Source of the DNA: an uncultured Nitrososphaerales archaeon | GTDB lineage: Archaea > Thermoproteota > Nitrososphaeria > Nitrososphaerales > Nitrososphaeraceae | Assembly: GCA_963713605.1 (NCBI GenBank) | Contig: CAVQMO010000010.1 | Location: 288,001-352,000 of the forward strand | Reading direction: 5' to 3' | Length of the DNA stretch: 64,000 bases | Shown: positions 46,471-57,845 of the stretch, piece after piece | Layout of the letters: every line of letters begins with the position of its first letter | Numbering within the stretch: the stretch's first letter is position 1 | The notes under the pieces: model-generated | The model's input: only the letters and a program-made list of their open reading frames with translations | Told to the model about the DNA's origin: nothing | Databases searched by the model: none | Made by a program: the position numbers and the translations under genes

Positions 46471-47638
46471 ATGCCAAATAAGGTTTGCGTCCTCGGTGCA
46501 GGTAGTACGAAATATGGCAAGCTAAATGAAAGCGTTGTAGAATTAGCGTTAGATGCCTCAAAGGATGCTATCACTTCTGCCGGTATAACCCCCAAGGAGA
46601 TACAGTCAGGTTACATTTCAAATGTCTTTGGAGTCTCTGATAAGCAGGTCCATATGGCACCTGTTATAATGAGCAACCTAGGCATTCCTTATACTCCAGG
46701 CTTAACCATAGAATCAGCATGTGGATCAGGCTCGGTAATGGTAAGAGAAGCATATGCGAATGTTGCTGCAGGTTTTTATGACTGTGTCTTGGCGGTAGGT
46801 GTTGAAAAAATCACTCAGGTGGGAACAGTTCAGAGTCACTACACTTTTTTCATATTGTTCGGATTTCTTTTATGAGGGAGGAAATGGAGTCTTCTTTCCC
46901 CGGGCTTTTCGCATCTATCGCGAGGGCTTATCTTACTAGGTACAAGGCAACAGAGGAGGATTTAGCTTATGTAGCGGTCAAGAATCATGAGAATGGGTTA
47001 CTAAACCCCAAAGCACATGTTCGCAAAAAAATAACGATTGAAGATGTAATGCGATCTCCTGTTGTAGCTTCTCCACTAAAGCTTTACGATTGTTGTCCAT
47101 TCTCCGATGGTGCTTCTGCACTAATTCTTTGTAGCGAGGAATTTGCGAAGAAAAAGGGCGGAAGCTATATAGAAATAATCGGCTCTGGCCGTGGTGCATC
47201 CCCAGGCTGCCGGTACAATCTCGTGAGGATATCACGACTATTCCAGAGTACCGTCAATGCTCCACGACAGGCGTATGAGATGGCAAAGATAACACCCAAA
47301 GATGTAGATTTTGCCGAAGTTCATGATTGCTTTACCATTGCCGAAGTCATAGATACTGAGGAATCTGGGCTTCTTCAAGAAAGGAGAAGCTGCAAGTGCG
47401 ATAAGGTCTGGCGCAACCAAGAGGAATGGAGAGATTCCAATTAATCCATCAGGAGGATTAAAATCCAAAGGTCATCCGATTGGAGCTACAGGGGTAGGTC
47501 AAGTTGTTGAAGTTTTCGAACAATTTACAGGAAAGGCAGGAGACCGGACAATACATGACGCAGAGATTGCAGTTACTCATAACTTCGGTGCTACTGGGGC
47601 AAGCGCGGGCTGTACACGTTTTCAAGAAAGTTAAATGA
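46471..47638 (+). CDS. Archaeal thiolase (acetyl-CoA acetyltransferase), several frameshifts
   Basis: [49 protein letters not shown]. Confidence 0.93.
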
Positions 47639-47645
47639 GACTAAT

Positions 47646-48044
47646 TTGTCTGAGTCAAGAGACCCAAAACAGATCATGAACAGGAGAAGCAGGTTCATAG
47701 AAGCAGCTAGTCGTGGAAAGATTCTGGCAAATAAATGCGCAAAATGCAGTTATTCCTCTCTTGAAACAACATATTTCTGTGAAAAGTGCTCATCTGATGT
47801 ATTTACCACAGAGGAATACGAGGGGGTGGGTAATGTAGTTACGTTCACAATTCAATCTGTCGCCCCAGAAGGATTTACTGACGCGGGCTTGTATGCATGG
47901 GTCGTTTTTAGAGTCGATGGGACTCCTTTCAATGTATCCGGATTTCTAAATGATATTCGTGCGCCTTCAGATTTACCAATTGGCTCAAAAGTACAAGTGA
48001 CTGGTTTTGATGAGAAACATGGGTTGCTTTTGAAGCGTGTTTGA
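47646..48044 (+). CDS. DUF35 zinc-ribbon/OB-fold thiolase partner
   Basis: CAKC...CEKC, G.VVTFTI, directly after thiolase. Confidence 0.88.
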   Translation: MSESRDPKQIMNRRSRFIEAASRGKILANKCAKCSYSSLETTYFCEKCSSDVFTTEEYEGVGNVVTFTIQSVAPEGFTDAGLYAWVVFRVDGTPFNVSGFLNDIRAPSDLPIGSKVQVTGFDEKHGLLLKRV

Positions 48045-48217
48045 TATGTTGTAGAACCACCACCCACCACCATCTTGTTCAGAATCCATCTGCCGGTTGA
48101 TCACGAAAGGCTACTGCAATTTGTCAGGTTGGCCTAGGACAGGAAATCCTATAGCTTAGCTTAAACAAATTTGAAGGTATATAGAATTTAACATTTGTTT
48201 TTACATCACATTTTATA

Positions 48218-48860
48218 ATGTATTTGCGACAGATGGAACAGCAGCGTCAGCGATTCAGTGGAGAGATTACAAATGCAAGTGCCGTCGTAAATACCCAACT
48301 TTCAAAGCTGACTATGCTGGAAAGAAAATTCTCGAATATGGATGATAAATTCAGCACTGAAATATCCAATCTTATGAAGAATGGTAACAACACGCGGGCA
48401 AAAGCACTTGCAAATGAACTAGTGAACATTCGACGAATGAAGAATATAACTCGAAACATGAACCTTACCCTAGAGATGTTAGTAATCAGGTTTAGCACTC
48501 TCAAAGATTTTGGAATGATTATGGACACTATTGAACCTACAGTAGATATGATAAAGAATATTCAGCTTGATATATCAGCCATAGTGCCTGCCGCAAATGG
48601 AGTATTGTCCGAAATGTCTGAGGTTTCAGCAGAGGTTCTAAATGAAAGCACGAAAATAGATGGAAACTATTCCATTCCAACTAGTGTAGATTCAGATGCA
48701 TTGGATATTCTAACTGAAGTCGAATCAATAATGGAACTGGACGCTAAAACGAAATTACCTGAAATACCTACAGAGATAGACGAGAGAATAGTCCATTCCT
48801 CCGATAACATAAAGATGAGGAGGTTATTAAAGGAAAATCAGGGTACTGGTCGAAACTTAA
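48218..48860 (+). CDS. cdvB: ESCRT-III/Snf7-family CdvB-like protein (extra G near 48841)
   Basis: Coiled coil, RAKALANELVNIRR, LEMLVIRFSTL, EVES...KLPEIP; corrected end QVLVET*. Confidence 0.8.
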
Positions 48861-48954
48861 ATAAATAGCAGAAGTTGAGGTAGGCCATATTATATCGATA
48901 GTAAAATATAATTTACAAAGTAGTTTTAATTGTCTAGGCTGAATATCGGGTGCA

Positions 48955-51075
48955 ATGGAACAGTTGAGTCATGATTACTCATTTCAAACAGAGAACAAAA
49001 GGTATGGAATTCTCGAATCCGCCTCAAAACGAGTGCGGATAATCTTTTCTGTTATGGCCAGTCCTAACAGAATCGATATTCTTAGAATATTAAATTCAAA
49101 GGGGCCACTTACCTACTCTGAATTGAAATCACTTGCCGGGTTCAAATCGAAAAAAGAATCTGGGAAATTTGCTTATCACTTAAGGAAACTGCTTAGGCAG
49201 TCGTTAGTTGCTTTGAATAAAGGAGAACGAAGGTATACAATAACTAACTTGGGGAAATTAGTCTTGAGCCTTGCAAGACAAATTGAAGAAAGGTCAATAG
49301 TTGAAAGTGGCAAAATGTACAGTTAGGACAAGCCATAATTCTATTGAAGAGTTTAATTCCCACAAGATAATCCAATCTATCGTTAGGGAGGCAGGAATGC
49401 CCTTAGAGCAAGCGCAGAAAATCACCGAAGAAGTGGAGAACAAGATCTACAAGTTCCAGGCTGCTTATCTTACATCTTCTCTGGTTCGAGAAACAGTCAA
49501 TTCCGTGCTTATAGAACATGGCTACGAAGAGTATCGGAGTAGGATGACCAGATTAGGCATGCCTAGTTCTGATGTTCTTGATCTGGTAAACAATGCGGAA
49601 GGAATTACGAATGGAATCGAGGGAGTTATCAATAACGCTTCCATGTCAGTGTTTTCGGAGCATCTATTATTGAATTCTCTGCCCAAGGACATTTCAGATA
49701 TGCATCTAAGTGGCGAGCTAAACATCTCAAATCCTGGAGTATGGGGTATAGTTCCTGATGTAGCATTCCTAAACATCAATGAATTTTCTGAAGGATTACA
49801 AAACTTAAACGGCAAGTTTTTTAACGTATCAAGGATTCGCTTCGATGAAAAGTCCAAATTCGCGGCAGCATTGCAATTACTTTTGGCTATGATGAGCAGA
49901 GAGGCATCATCGGAGGTAGTGCTTGAAGGCATCACAGATTTTATCTTGAATGACACCTTGGATCGTGAGGACATTGCCTCATCTTTTGCGAAGTCTCTTA
50001 TCTCATCATCTGCTACAAGTTCCTATTCCGAAGGTCGACCTTCTTTTACGATTCTATTACCTAGGAGTACTCTTGATAAAAAAACACTTGAGGCCTTACT
50101 TGAGGGCTACACAAAGTATACTGACTTAACTCCATTGCCAAGGGTTGGTCTGGCATTAAATTACAGTGAAGATTCCAATACGTTTGAAGAAGACTCTCAG
50201 ATGATATCGTCTGTAGCCAGGTCCGGAGGTAGGATAGCCATCGTGCAAAATGGAAAGCGGACGAGCAATGGCATTCGAAAATCATTGGACGGTAAGGATA
50301 CACGGAGTGTTGCATCTTTACAGTCAATGTCGATTAATCTTCCTAGGCTCGCATATCAGTCAAATAAGGATGAAACATATTTCAGAGCAAAACTCGCGCT
50401 AGCAATAAAACCCGCATTGGAGGCGATGTACATTAGAAAGAAGAATATCTTGAATGCAATAAGAAAGGGGTTATATCCAGTCATGGGAAGTGCTAATTTT
50501 GAACATTTCGGCACAACTAATATAATTCTCAATCTCACCGGAGTAAGGGAATCAGTATATGATATTTTAGGTTATAATCACAATTCCGCCGGAGATGAAG
50601 TCCTGAGAAAAGTACCTGAAGACTGCAGGTGATGTAGCTTTTAGATCATGGCAGGCAAATGGATAGTGAATCGGTAGGTGTCTCAATGATAGATGACGAC
50701 AGTAGCACAAGGTTTTCAATCTTGGATTCAGAAAAATATGGCAAGACTCTCCTATCTACTAGGGACGAGTCAACTAAACACTACTCGCAAGGGATTACTG
50801 TGAACGGAAAGGAACTTTTGTTACAACCTCAAAAAGTATTAGAGGAATGTATATCCATTGATAGTCTCCTAAGGGGTGGATTGTCTACGTCAATAGACCT
50901 AACTGATATTACGGCACAGGATGAATTGAATAAGGCAATAGCCGTCAGCACTGGACTCACATTCTTCCGGCCATTTGTGCGAACCGTGATATGTAGAGGG
51001 TGCAGCAGACGCTATGTTGGGTCAGATGTTAATAAATGCGAGACTTGTGGATCGGTATATTTAACGGTAGGTTGA
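48955..51075 (+). CDS. ArsR-type HTH + ATP-cone + degenerate class III RNR (NrdD)-fold protein (extra bases near 49321, 50616, 50640)
   Basis: SPNRIDILRIL...FAYHLRKL; YVRTS..IEEFNSHKI ATP-cone; RLGMP, HLSGEL, SINLPRLA, RFSILD, CRGC...CETCG. Confidence 0.85.
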
Positions 51076-51501
51076 CTTGCCGTCAATGGGTAATAGTACC
51101 ATCTGCATATTCCGCCTCCTGCCAACAGTAGAACGCAATAGCGCAACGACGGTGAAATAATCTTAGATTCCCAATGATAACGGAGAGTTAAATAATTGGT
51201 AATTGAAGCAGTTCCTAGACTATCTTTCGGATCATTTCAAATTGTATAAGTCTGAAAAGGGATAGTTAATTCAAAGCAATACTTTAAGGTCGTCTGTCCG
51301 TCTAAAATGTGAAAGTTAATCAATTCAAGGAACCTAAACTTGCCGGCAATCGTATCTGCCATGCCTGCCTAGGCTGGTAATTTATGAAAACCTAGTAGGC
51401 TAGTATCATTTGCTTCTAATCGGAAAGAACATACACATCAATCAGTTTACTTTAAAAGAAAAAAAGAGTGTATGTATAATATTTGTTTTGTTTTGTTGTT
51501 A

Positions 51502-52065
51502 TTATGGGATTGATCTGCTGTACAGCTTTCCTTCTAATGCTAGTTTGTACATCTCTGCTACGTACGGGTTCTTGGCTGGTGTTTCAGCTCCAAGTTCGAC
51601 CAATCGTGCATATACCCTTACGACATATGCTAGAGCGCCCATGAAAGCTACGACAACTCCCATGTTAAACATCCAGTGGTTTGGAACTGAAAATATTTCT
51701 TCTACAAACCAAAAGTGCCACATCTCATTGATACCTATGGTAAACATGGTTGCCAAATATCCAAGAATGGTCATCTTTAGACCAGTATTCATGGAGTTAT
51801 TTGGTCCTCTTAGAATAGGTACTTTTCTGTCATACATTGCTACAAATCCCCAACCTAGAGGAAGTGCAATGAAGTGACTGTATAGCCACCAATGAGCTGG
51901 TGTGAATGCACTATCTCTGATAGCAGTCTGATGCAATGATCCATCTACAAAGTTATCTACTTCTACTGATGCTGCAATTGATCCTAGCATTATAACCATT
52001 ATGTATATTTTCTTTAGTCTCTGTATCTCTACTTCTTTTGGTATCAGCGCGGGCATCTGTGCCAT
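51502..52065 (-). CDS. amoC: Ammonia monooxygenase subunit C (187 aa)
   Basis: MAQMPALIPKEVEIQRLKK; DGSLHQTAIRDSAFTPAH (D-x3-H-x12-H); NEMWHFWFVEEIF. Confidence 0.98.
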   Translation of the reverse strand: MAQMPALIPKEVEIQRLKKIYIMVIMLGSIAASVEVDNFVDGSLHQTAIRDSAFTPAHWWLYSHFIALPLGWGFVAMYDRKVPILRGPNNSMNTGLKMTILGYLATMFTIGINEMWHFWFVEEIFSVPNHWMFNMGVVVAFMGALAYVVRVYARLVELGAETPAKNPYVAEMYKLALEGKLYSRSIP

Positions 52066-52231
52066 TATGTTCTTCACTAATGAAGATGCATCAGATCTAT
52101 ATTAAGTTGTGAGTATCAAAATCACATTCTTTTATGAGTGTTTAATAGCAATATAGCTAATATTTTATACGATATACATGTAATTATACTATTTGCATGA
52201 TTTATTATATCTATATGTAGATGAGCAGTAA

Positions 52232-52255
52232 TGATTAGCGTAAGTGATTAGCGTA
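52232..52255. promoter_or_regulatory. 11-bp direct repeat TGATTAGCGTA x2 in the amoC-nrdJ divergent spacer
   Basis: 52232-52242 and 52245-52255; regulatory role inferred from position. Confidence 0.45.
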
Positions 52256-52378
52256 TGCATTTCTATTTTGGACGCCTTACATATTGATATATGCTCGAGG
52301 AGCGAAAAACCGTGTATAGCACAATTTTTCAGCAAGCTAATATTTTTAAAGCAAAGGAAAACTAATGTATAGATTGGA

Positions 52379-55102
52379 ATGGCGGGGGTTACCGAATTTA
52401 ATTCTAAAGAAAATTTGATTTCACAGATAAGGAAACGGGATGCAAGAATAGTTTCTTTTGTTCATACGAAGATCTCCAACGCAATTTATAAGGCATTGGT
52501 AGCGACTAGGAAGCCTGATTACGAGTTAGCAGAGAATTTGGCTAACAAAGTTCTACAGAAAATGGTTGATCACGGGTATGGGGCATCGGAGAAGGAAGCA
52601 ATTCCAAGTGTGGAAGATGTGCAGGATATGGTAGAATCAATACTCATTGAAGAGGGTTTATCCGAGACAGCAAAGGCCTACATCCTATACAGACATGAGC
52701 GAAGAAAAATTAGAGATGAAAAAATGAAAATCCTGAACAAGAAAGATCTAGATGAAATCGATAAATCATTCAGTGTTAATTCACTAAGAGTCTTAACGTC
52801 TCGATATCTGTTAAGAGATAATAACAACGAGATAATCGAAGGACCACGCCAAATGTTTGAAAGGGTTGCCATACTGGCAACTCTGCCGGACCTGTTACAT
52901 GATTCGAGGATATTCGACATCGAATCTAAACATAGCAACTACACAGATGAAGCAGAGAAGTACTACGATAAAATCGAAGATTTCCATCTCAAGCTCAAGA
53001 TTGGTGATTTCTATCTCAATAAGTACCATTTTGAATCTCTTATTCGTCTTTACATAGATCTCGCTAAAGACAAACACATGAAATGTAGCTTCAAAGACTT
53101 GCTTCGGCTAATCGCTGAAGGAAAAATGTCTGCCTATGAAAGCAGAATTCGCGAATACTATAATTTGATGGTTTCAAAGGACTTTTTACCTAATACACCA
53201 ACTTTAATGAACGCGGGAGCTAGATTAGGACAACTTTCAGCCTGCTTTGTCCTCGACATGCAGGACGATATGAACAAGATCATGAAGTCGTCTACCGACG
53301 CAGCAATGATTTTCAAATCAGGAGGTGGAGTAGGCATCAACTATTCTGATTTGAGGCCAGAAGGTGATATCGTCGCATCCACATCTGGAGTAGCATCGGG
53401 ACCCTCATCTTTCATGAGAATAATTGATACAATCACGGATGTTGTAAAACAGGGAGGAAAGAGACGTGGGGCAAATATGGGCATTTTGGAAGCATGGCAC
53501 CCTGATATTGAAAAGTTCGTGACTGCAAAGACAAAACCGGGAGTATTTGAAAACTTTAATGTGAGCGTTGGTATCTCGAATGATTTCTGGAAATCTGTTA
53601 TTGACAAGCAAAACCATAAGTACGTGTTAAGAAATCCGAGAACCCAAGAACCCATTAAAAACATTGATTCGCAGCAGCTATTGGATCTGATAGCATTTAG
53701 TGCATGGAAGAGTGCAGAACCAGGTGTAATTTTCTTTGATAATATTAATAAATATAATCCATGTATGGAGGCCAAAGGTGGACCATTGCGTGCAACAAAT
53801 CCTTGTGGCGAACAGTCTCTTTATCCATATGAATCATGCAATTTAGGTTCGATAAATCTGGCAAATTTTGTCAAGAGGAAGGCTGATGGAATGTACGAAT
53901 TTGATTGGCAGCGTTATGAACAAGCAGTACGATTATCAACCAGATTGCTAGATAATGTAATTGATGCTAACAAGTATCCTGTAGATGAGATCGATAAAAA
54001 TACTAAACTTACTCGTAGAATCGGCCTCGGTATTATGGGCATAGCCGACCTACTATTCTTGTTAAGAATACCATACGTATCTAAGGAAGGATATGAGTTT
54101 ATGAACAAGTTAGCGGAAGCGATCTCATATTACAGCATGGAAGAGAGCGTTGCCCTGGCTAAAGTACGAGGGCCATTCCCACTATTTTCAAAAACTGATT
54201 ACATCAAAGGTAAGATCCCAGTAGCTGGATACTATGAAATACCGAAGGAGAATCATTCATTCGATTGGGACTCATTAATCATGAAAATTAGAAAACATGG
54301 AATTAGAAATTCATGGACAACAACGATCGCACCTACAGGAACTTTATCGATGATAGCAGATACTTCTAACGGTATCGAGCCCATTTTCGCTTTAGTTTTT
54401 GAAAAGAGAGTAACAGTCGGCAGATTTTTCTATACAAACAGGGTATTCGAAAATGTTCTAATGGCGAGCGGTCTGTATGACGACGGAATACTAACGAGAA
54501 TTGCAAATAACTACGGATCTGTACGAGATATGAATGAAATTCCTAAATGGATACAGAAAATTTTTGTAACAGCAATTGATATCCACTGGACAGATCATCT
54601 TATGGCTCAGGCGGTTTGGCAGAAATGGATTAGTAATGCTATTGCAAAGACTATCAATATGCCTGGAGATGCGACCGCCGATGATGTGAAATCTGCATAC
54701 TTGCTTGCCCACGAATTAGGACTTAAGGGTGTTACTGTTTATCGGGATGGATCGAGGCACGAGCAGGTTCTGCACATAACCGGCGATACTGGAAAGGAAA
54801 AGAGTTTTATAGTAAATCCGAGTGCCTACGTAGCAGATTTTGTTCGAGACAATATCAATGAACCATTTGTAAGGGAACAGATAGCACAAATATACCAATA
54901 TGCTCAGAATTTTGAGGAAGCCAGAACGATTCCTCATCTTGAAGAGAATCAACAAATTGCATCTGTAAAAAAAGGAAGTCTACAATCGTCAATTATAGAG
55001 AATTATGACAATATGTGTCCATCATGCAAGGCAAAGCTAATAGTTACAGAAGGATGTAATATGTGCATCGAGTGTGGGTTTAGTAGTTGTGGTTCAGGAT
55101 GA
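52379..55102 (+). CDS. nrdJ: Class II (AdoCbl-dependent) ribonucleotide reductase
   Basis: ATP-cone, PNTPTLMNAG, LSACFV, GGGVG, RRGANM, TNPCGEQ, CNLGS, APTGT, C-terminal Cys cluster. Confidence 0.97.
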   Translation: MAGVTEFNSKENLISQIRKRDARIVSFVHTKISNAIYKALVATRKPDYELAENLANKVLQKMVDHGYGASEKEAIPSVEDVQDMVESILIEEGLSETAKAYILYRHERRKIRDEKMKILNKKDLDEIDKSFSVNSLRVLTSRYLLRDNNNEIIEGPRQMFERVAILATLPDLLHDSRIFDIESKHSNYTDEAEKYYDKIEDFHLKLKIGDFYLNKYHFESLIRLYIDLAKDKHMKCSFKDLLRLIAEGKMSAYESRIREYYNLMVSKDFLPNTPTLMNAGARLGQLSACFVLDMQDDMNKIMKSSTDAAMIFKSGGGVGINYSDLRPEGDIVASTSGVASGPSSFMRIIDTITDVVKQGGKRRGANMGILEAWHPDIEKFVTAKTKPGVFENFNVSVGISNDFWKSVIDKQNHKYVLRNPRTQEPIKNIDSQQLLDLIAFSAWKSAEPGVIFFDNINKYNPCMEAKGGPLRATNPCGEQSLYPYESCNLGSINLANFVKRKADGMYEFDWQRYEQAVRLSTRLLDNVIDANKYPVDEIDKNTKLTRRIGLGIMGIADLLFLLRIPYVSKEGYEFMNKLAEAISYYSMEESVALAKVRGPFPLFSKTDYIKGKIPVAGYYEIPKENHSFDWDSLIMKIRKHGIRNSWTTTIAPTGTLSMIADTSNGIEPIFALVFEKRVTVGRFFYTNRVFENVLMASGLYDDGILTRIANNYGSVRDMNEIPKWIQKIFVTAIDIHWTDHLMAQAVWQKWISNAIAKTINMPGDATADDVKSAYLLAHELGLKGVTVYRDGSRHEQVLHITGDTGKEKSFIVNPSAYVADFVRDNINEPFVREQIAQIYQYAQNFEEARTIPHLEENQQIASVKKGSLQSSIIENYDNMCPSCKAKLIVTEGCNMCIECGFSSCGSG

Positions 55103-55190
55103 TCACCCTTAAAACAGTGGTTTTTTTAAGAAGCCCCGAAATTTCGCTGTTTCGATAGTTGAAGTTCTGCTTGATCGATATTTACTGACC

Positions 55191-57369
55191 TCACCTATAG
55201 TGAGGCATAACTACCCTGTCACCGGGCTTCATTTCTCTTTGAATCTTGATCTTCTTGATAGCCTCTTCGAACTGCTTCATTGAAACCAGAGCCTCAGATG
55301 TATGTTTAGCAGACTTCCTCTGGAGTATTGTATTTTGCAAGATACTCTTGCAACACCACAGAGATTGCCGTATTGGCAACAGCAGACATGTCAGCTCCAC
55401 TAAAGCCATCAGTCAGATCGGCTATCCTGCCTAGGTCTATGTCCTTACTTACAGGTTTGCCCTTAATGTGAATCTCCAGGATTCTCTCCCTTGTATTTCT
55501 GTCAGGATTAGATACTAGCACTATTTTATCAAATCGTCCCGGTCTCAGCAATGCAGTGTCAATCATGTCTACTCTATTGGTTGCAGCAATAATCACAACT
55601 CCTTGCATTTCTTGTATGCCATCCATCTCCGTGAGTAATTGTGACATCATTCGCTCGGTACTTGCATGGACCCCCTCCATTCCTCTGATAGGTGCGATAG
55701 AGTCTATTTCGTCGAAAAACACCACACAGGGTGAAGCCTGCCTAGCCTTCCTAAATATCTCGCGTATTCCTTTTTCTGATTCTCCAACCCACTTACTAAG
55801 TAGTTCAGGACCTTTAACACTGATGAAATTCGCCTCTGATTCAGTGGCTACTGCCTTCGCCAATAGTGTTTTTCCGGTGCCTGAAGGTCCGTGTAGAAGT
55901 ATTCCTTTAGGAATATTGTGTTTGAGCTCTTTGTACAAGGCTGGATATTTTAATGGCCATTCTACAGCTTCTTGCAATTCCCTTTTGACATTGTCTAGTC
56001 CACCAATATCCTCCCATTTAACATCCGGAGGTTCTACGTAGACTTCTCTCATGGCAGACGGGGTTATCTCCCTTGTAGCATAGTCAAAATCATTCATGTT
56101 TATCACGAGCTTTTCCAGTGTTTCGGGAGCAAGTTTTTCATCCTCCATATTGAGTTCAGGTAGAAGCCTTCTCAAACACTTCATAGCAGCTTCTTTACAC
56201 AGATATTCTAGATCTGCACCTACAAATCCGTGAGTTACAGCAGCAATCTTATCTTGATCTACATCAGTTTCCAGAGGCATATTACGGGCATGAATCTGTA
56301 ATATCTCTAGTCTACCTCGTTTATCAGGAACTTTGATCTCAATTTCTCTGTCAAATCTGCCTGGTCTGCGTAATGCTGGATCTAAGGCATTTGGTCTATT
56401 GGTTGCAGCAATGACTATAACTTTTCCTCTAGCTTCTAAACCATCCATCAATGAAAGTAATTGAGATACAACTCGTCGTTCCACCTCACCAGTTACCTCT
56501 TCTCTCTTTGGTGCGATTGAATCTATCTCATCAATGAAAATTATCGAAGGTGCCTTCTCTCTTGCCTCCTTAAAGATCTCCCTTAAACGTGCTTCAGATT
56601 CTCCATAGAATTTACTCATTATTTCAGGTCCTGATATACTGATAAAATGTGAGTTACTTTCATTCGCGACAGCTTTTGCCAATAATGTCTTACCAGTTCC
56701 AGGAGGTCCAAATAGAAGCACACCTTTAGGAGCTTCAATTCCCAATTTCTCGAATATCTCTGGATGTCTTAAAGGAAGCTCAATCATCTCACGTACTTTT
56801 TGAATCTCGTCCCTCAAGCCACCTATATCCTCGTAGGCAACGATGTGCATACCTCTGTCCGCTGATGTTTGGCCAGCTGTCGATATGTTAAATGCCGTCT
56901 TTTGAGTGACCAACACTGCATCACTACCGGCTGGTGTTACCCCGATAACTTGGAAAGTAAGTCTTCCACCAAAATATGGAACCATGACATTATCACCTTT
57001 GATCAGAGGTACACTTTCAAGTGCATCTGCAAGATACCTTTCATCAATAGGTGGAATTGCTTCAAGCGGTGCTACAATTACCTTTTCAGCTGGAATTGCT
57101 TTTATCTTTCTTACAATTACTGTATCGCTTATAGCAACACCAGCATTATTCCGTACAAGACCATCAACACGAATTATTCCCTTACCTTCATCAGAAGGGT
57201 ATAGCGGCAAACACTTCGCCACCGTTCGACGTTTGCCTCTAATTTCAATTACATCCCCCGTAGAAGCGGTGAGAGAATCCATTGAATCATAATCAATACG
57301 AGCTACTCCTCTGCCAACGTCTCTAGTATAAGCTTCAAGTACTTTAAGACTCGAATTAGTGTCTCCCAT
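55191..57369 (-). CDS. cdc48: CDC48/p97/VAT AAA+ ATPase, copy 2 (one extra base near 55313)
   Basis: Two AAA modules; C-terminus [10 protein letters not shown]...HYR in the adjacent frame. Confidence 0.97.
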
Positions 57370-57567
57370 TGTACTAATAGATAATCATTAACTCCTTATA
57401 CATTTTATTAATTTTATTGGACTCGCTATCGAGTGGTATGGCAGCGAAGCTGTACCAATTCAGAGCAATTCCTTACTAATAACTGTTGTAAACGCTTTGT
57501 TATGGAAATGAAATCTCAGAATCTACAATTGGATGGAATATATTAGATCTCATGAAGCAAGGTACAG

Positions 57568-57735
57568 ATGCAGGACAGATTGTACCAACAAAAAAAAGCA
57601 TCGGTAAGGAGGTTCATTAGGAAGAAGAAAACGACTGATACCTCACGTATTCTGAATGAAGTTGATATTGACTACGATACATTGATGTTGGTTCTTGCTG
57701 ATCTGCAGAACGAAGGGGGTTTCAGAAATATATGA
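57568..57735 (+). CDS. Small hypothetical protein (55 aa, not in ORF track)
   Basis: MQDRLYQQKKASVRRFIRKKKTTDTSRILNEVDIDYDTLMLVLADLQNEG; HTH-like pattern. Confidence 0.6.
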   Translation: MQDRLYQQKKASVRRFIRKKKTTDTSRILNEVDIDYDTLMLVLADLQNEGGFRNI

Positions 57736-57845
57736 TTTGCATCTCAAAGGGTGTCGTAAGGCAAGACAGACTAAGTAGTAGTGAATAAATTCTTGTTGTT
57801 AAAAGGCAGAATGCGGTAAAACATAATACCCATATAATAATAGAG

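Noticed and set aside
48955..51075. Active anaerobic RNR (nrdD)
   Set aside because: No glycyl-radical motif, catalytic Cys apparently replaced, no activase in the window
52379..55102. Inteins in nrdJ (also checked radA and cdc48)
   Set aside because: Normal lengths, contiguous motifs, no splice-junction or LAGLIDADG signature
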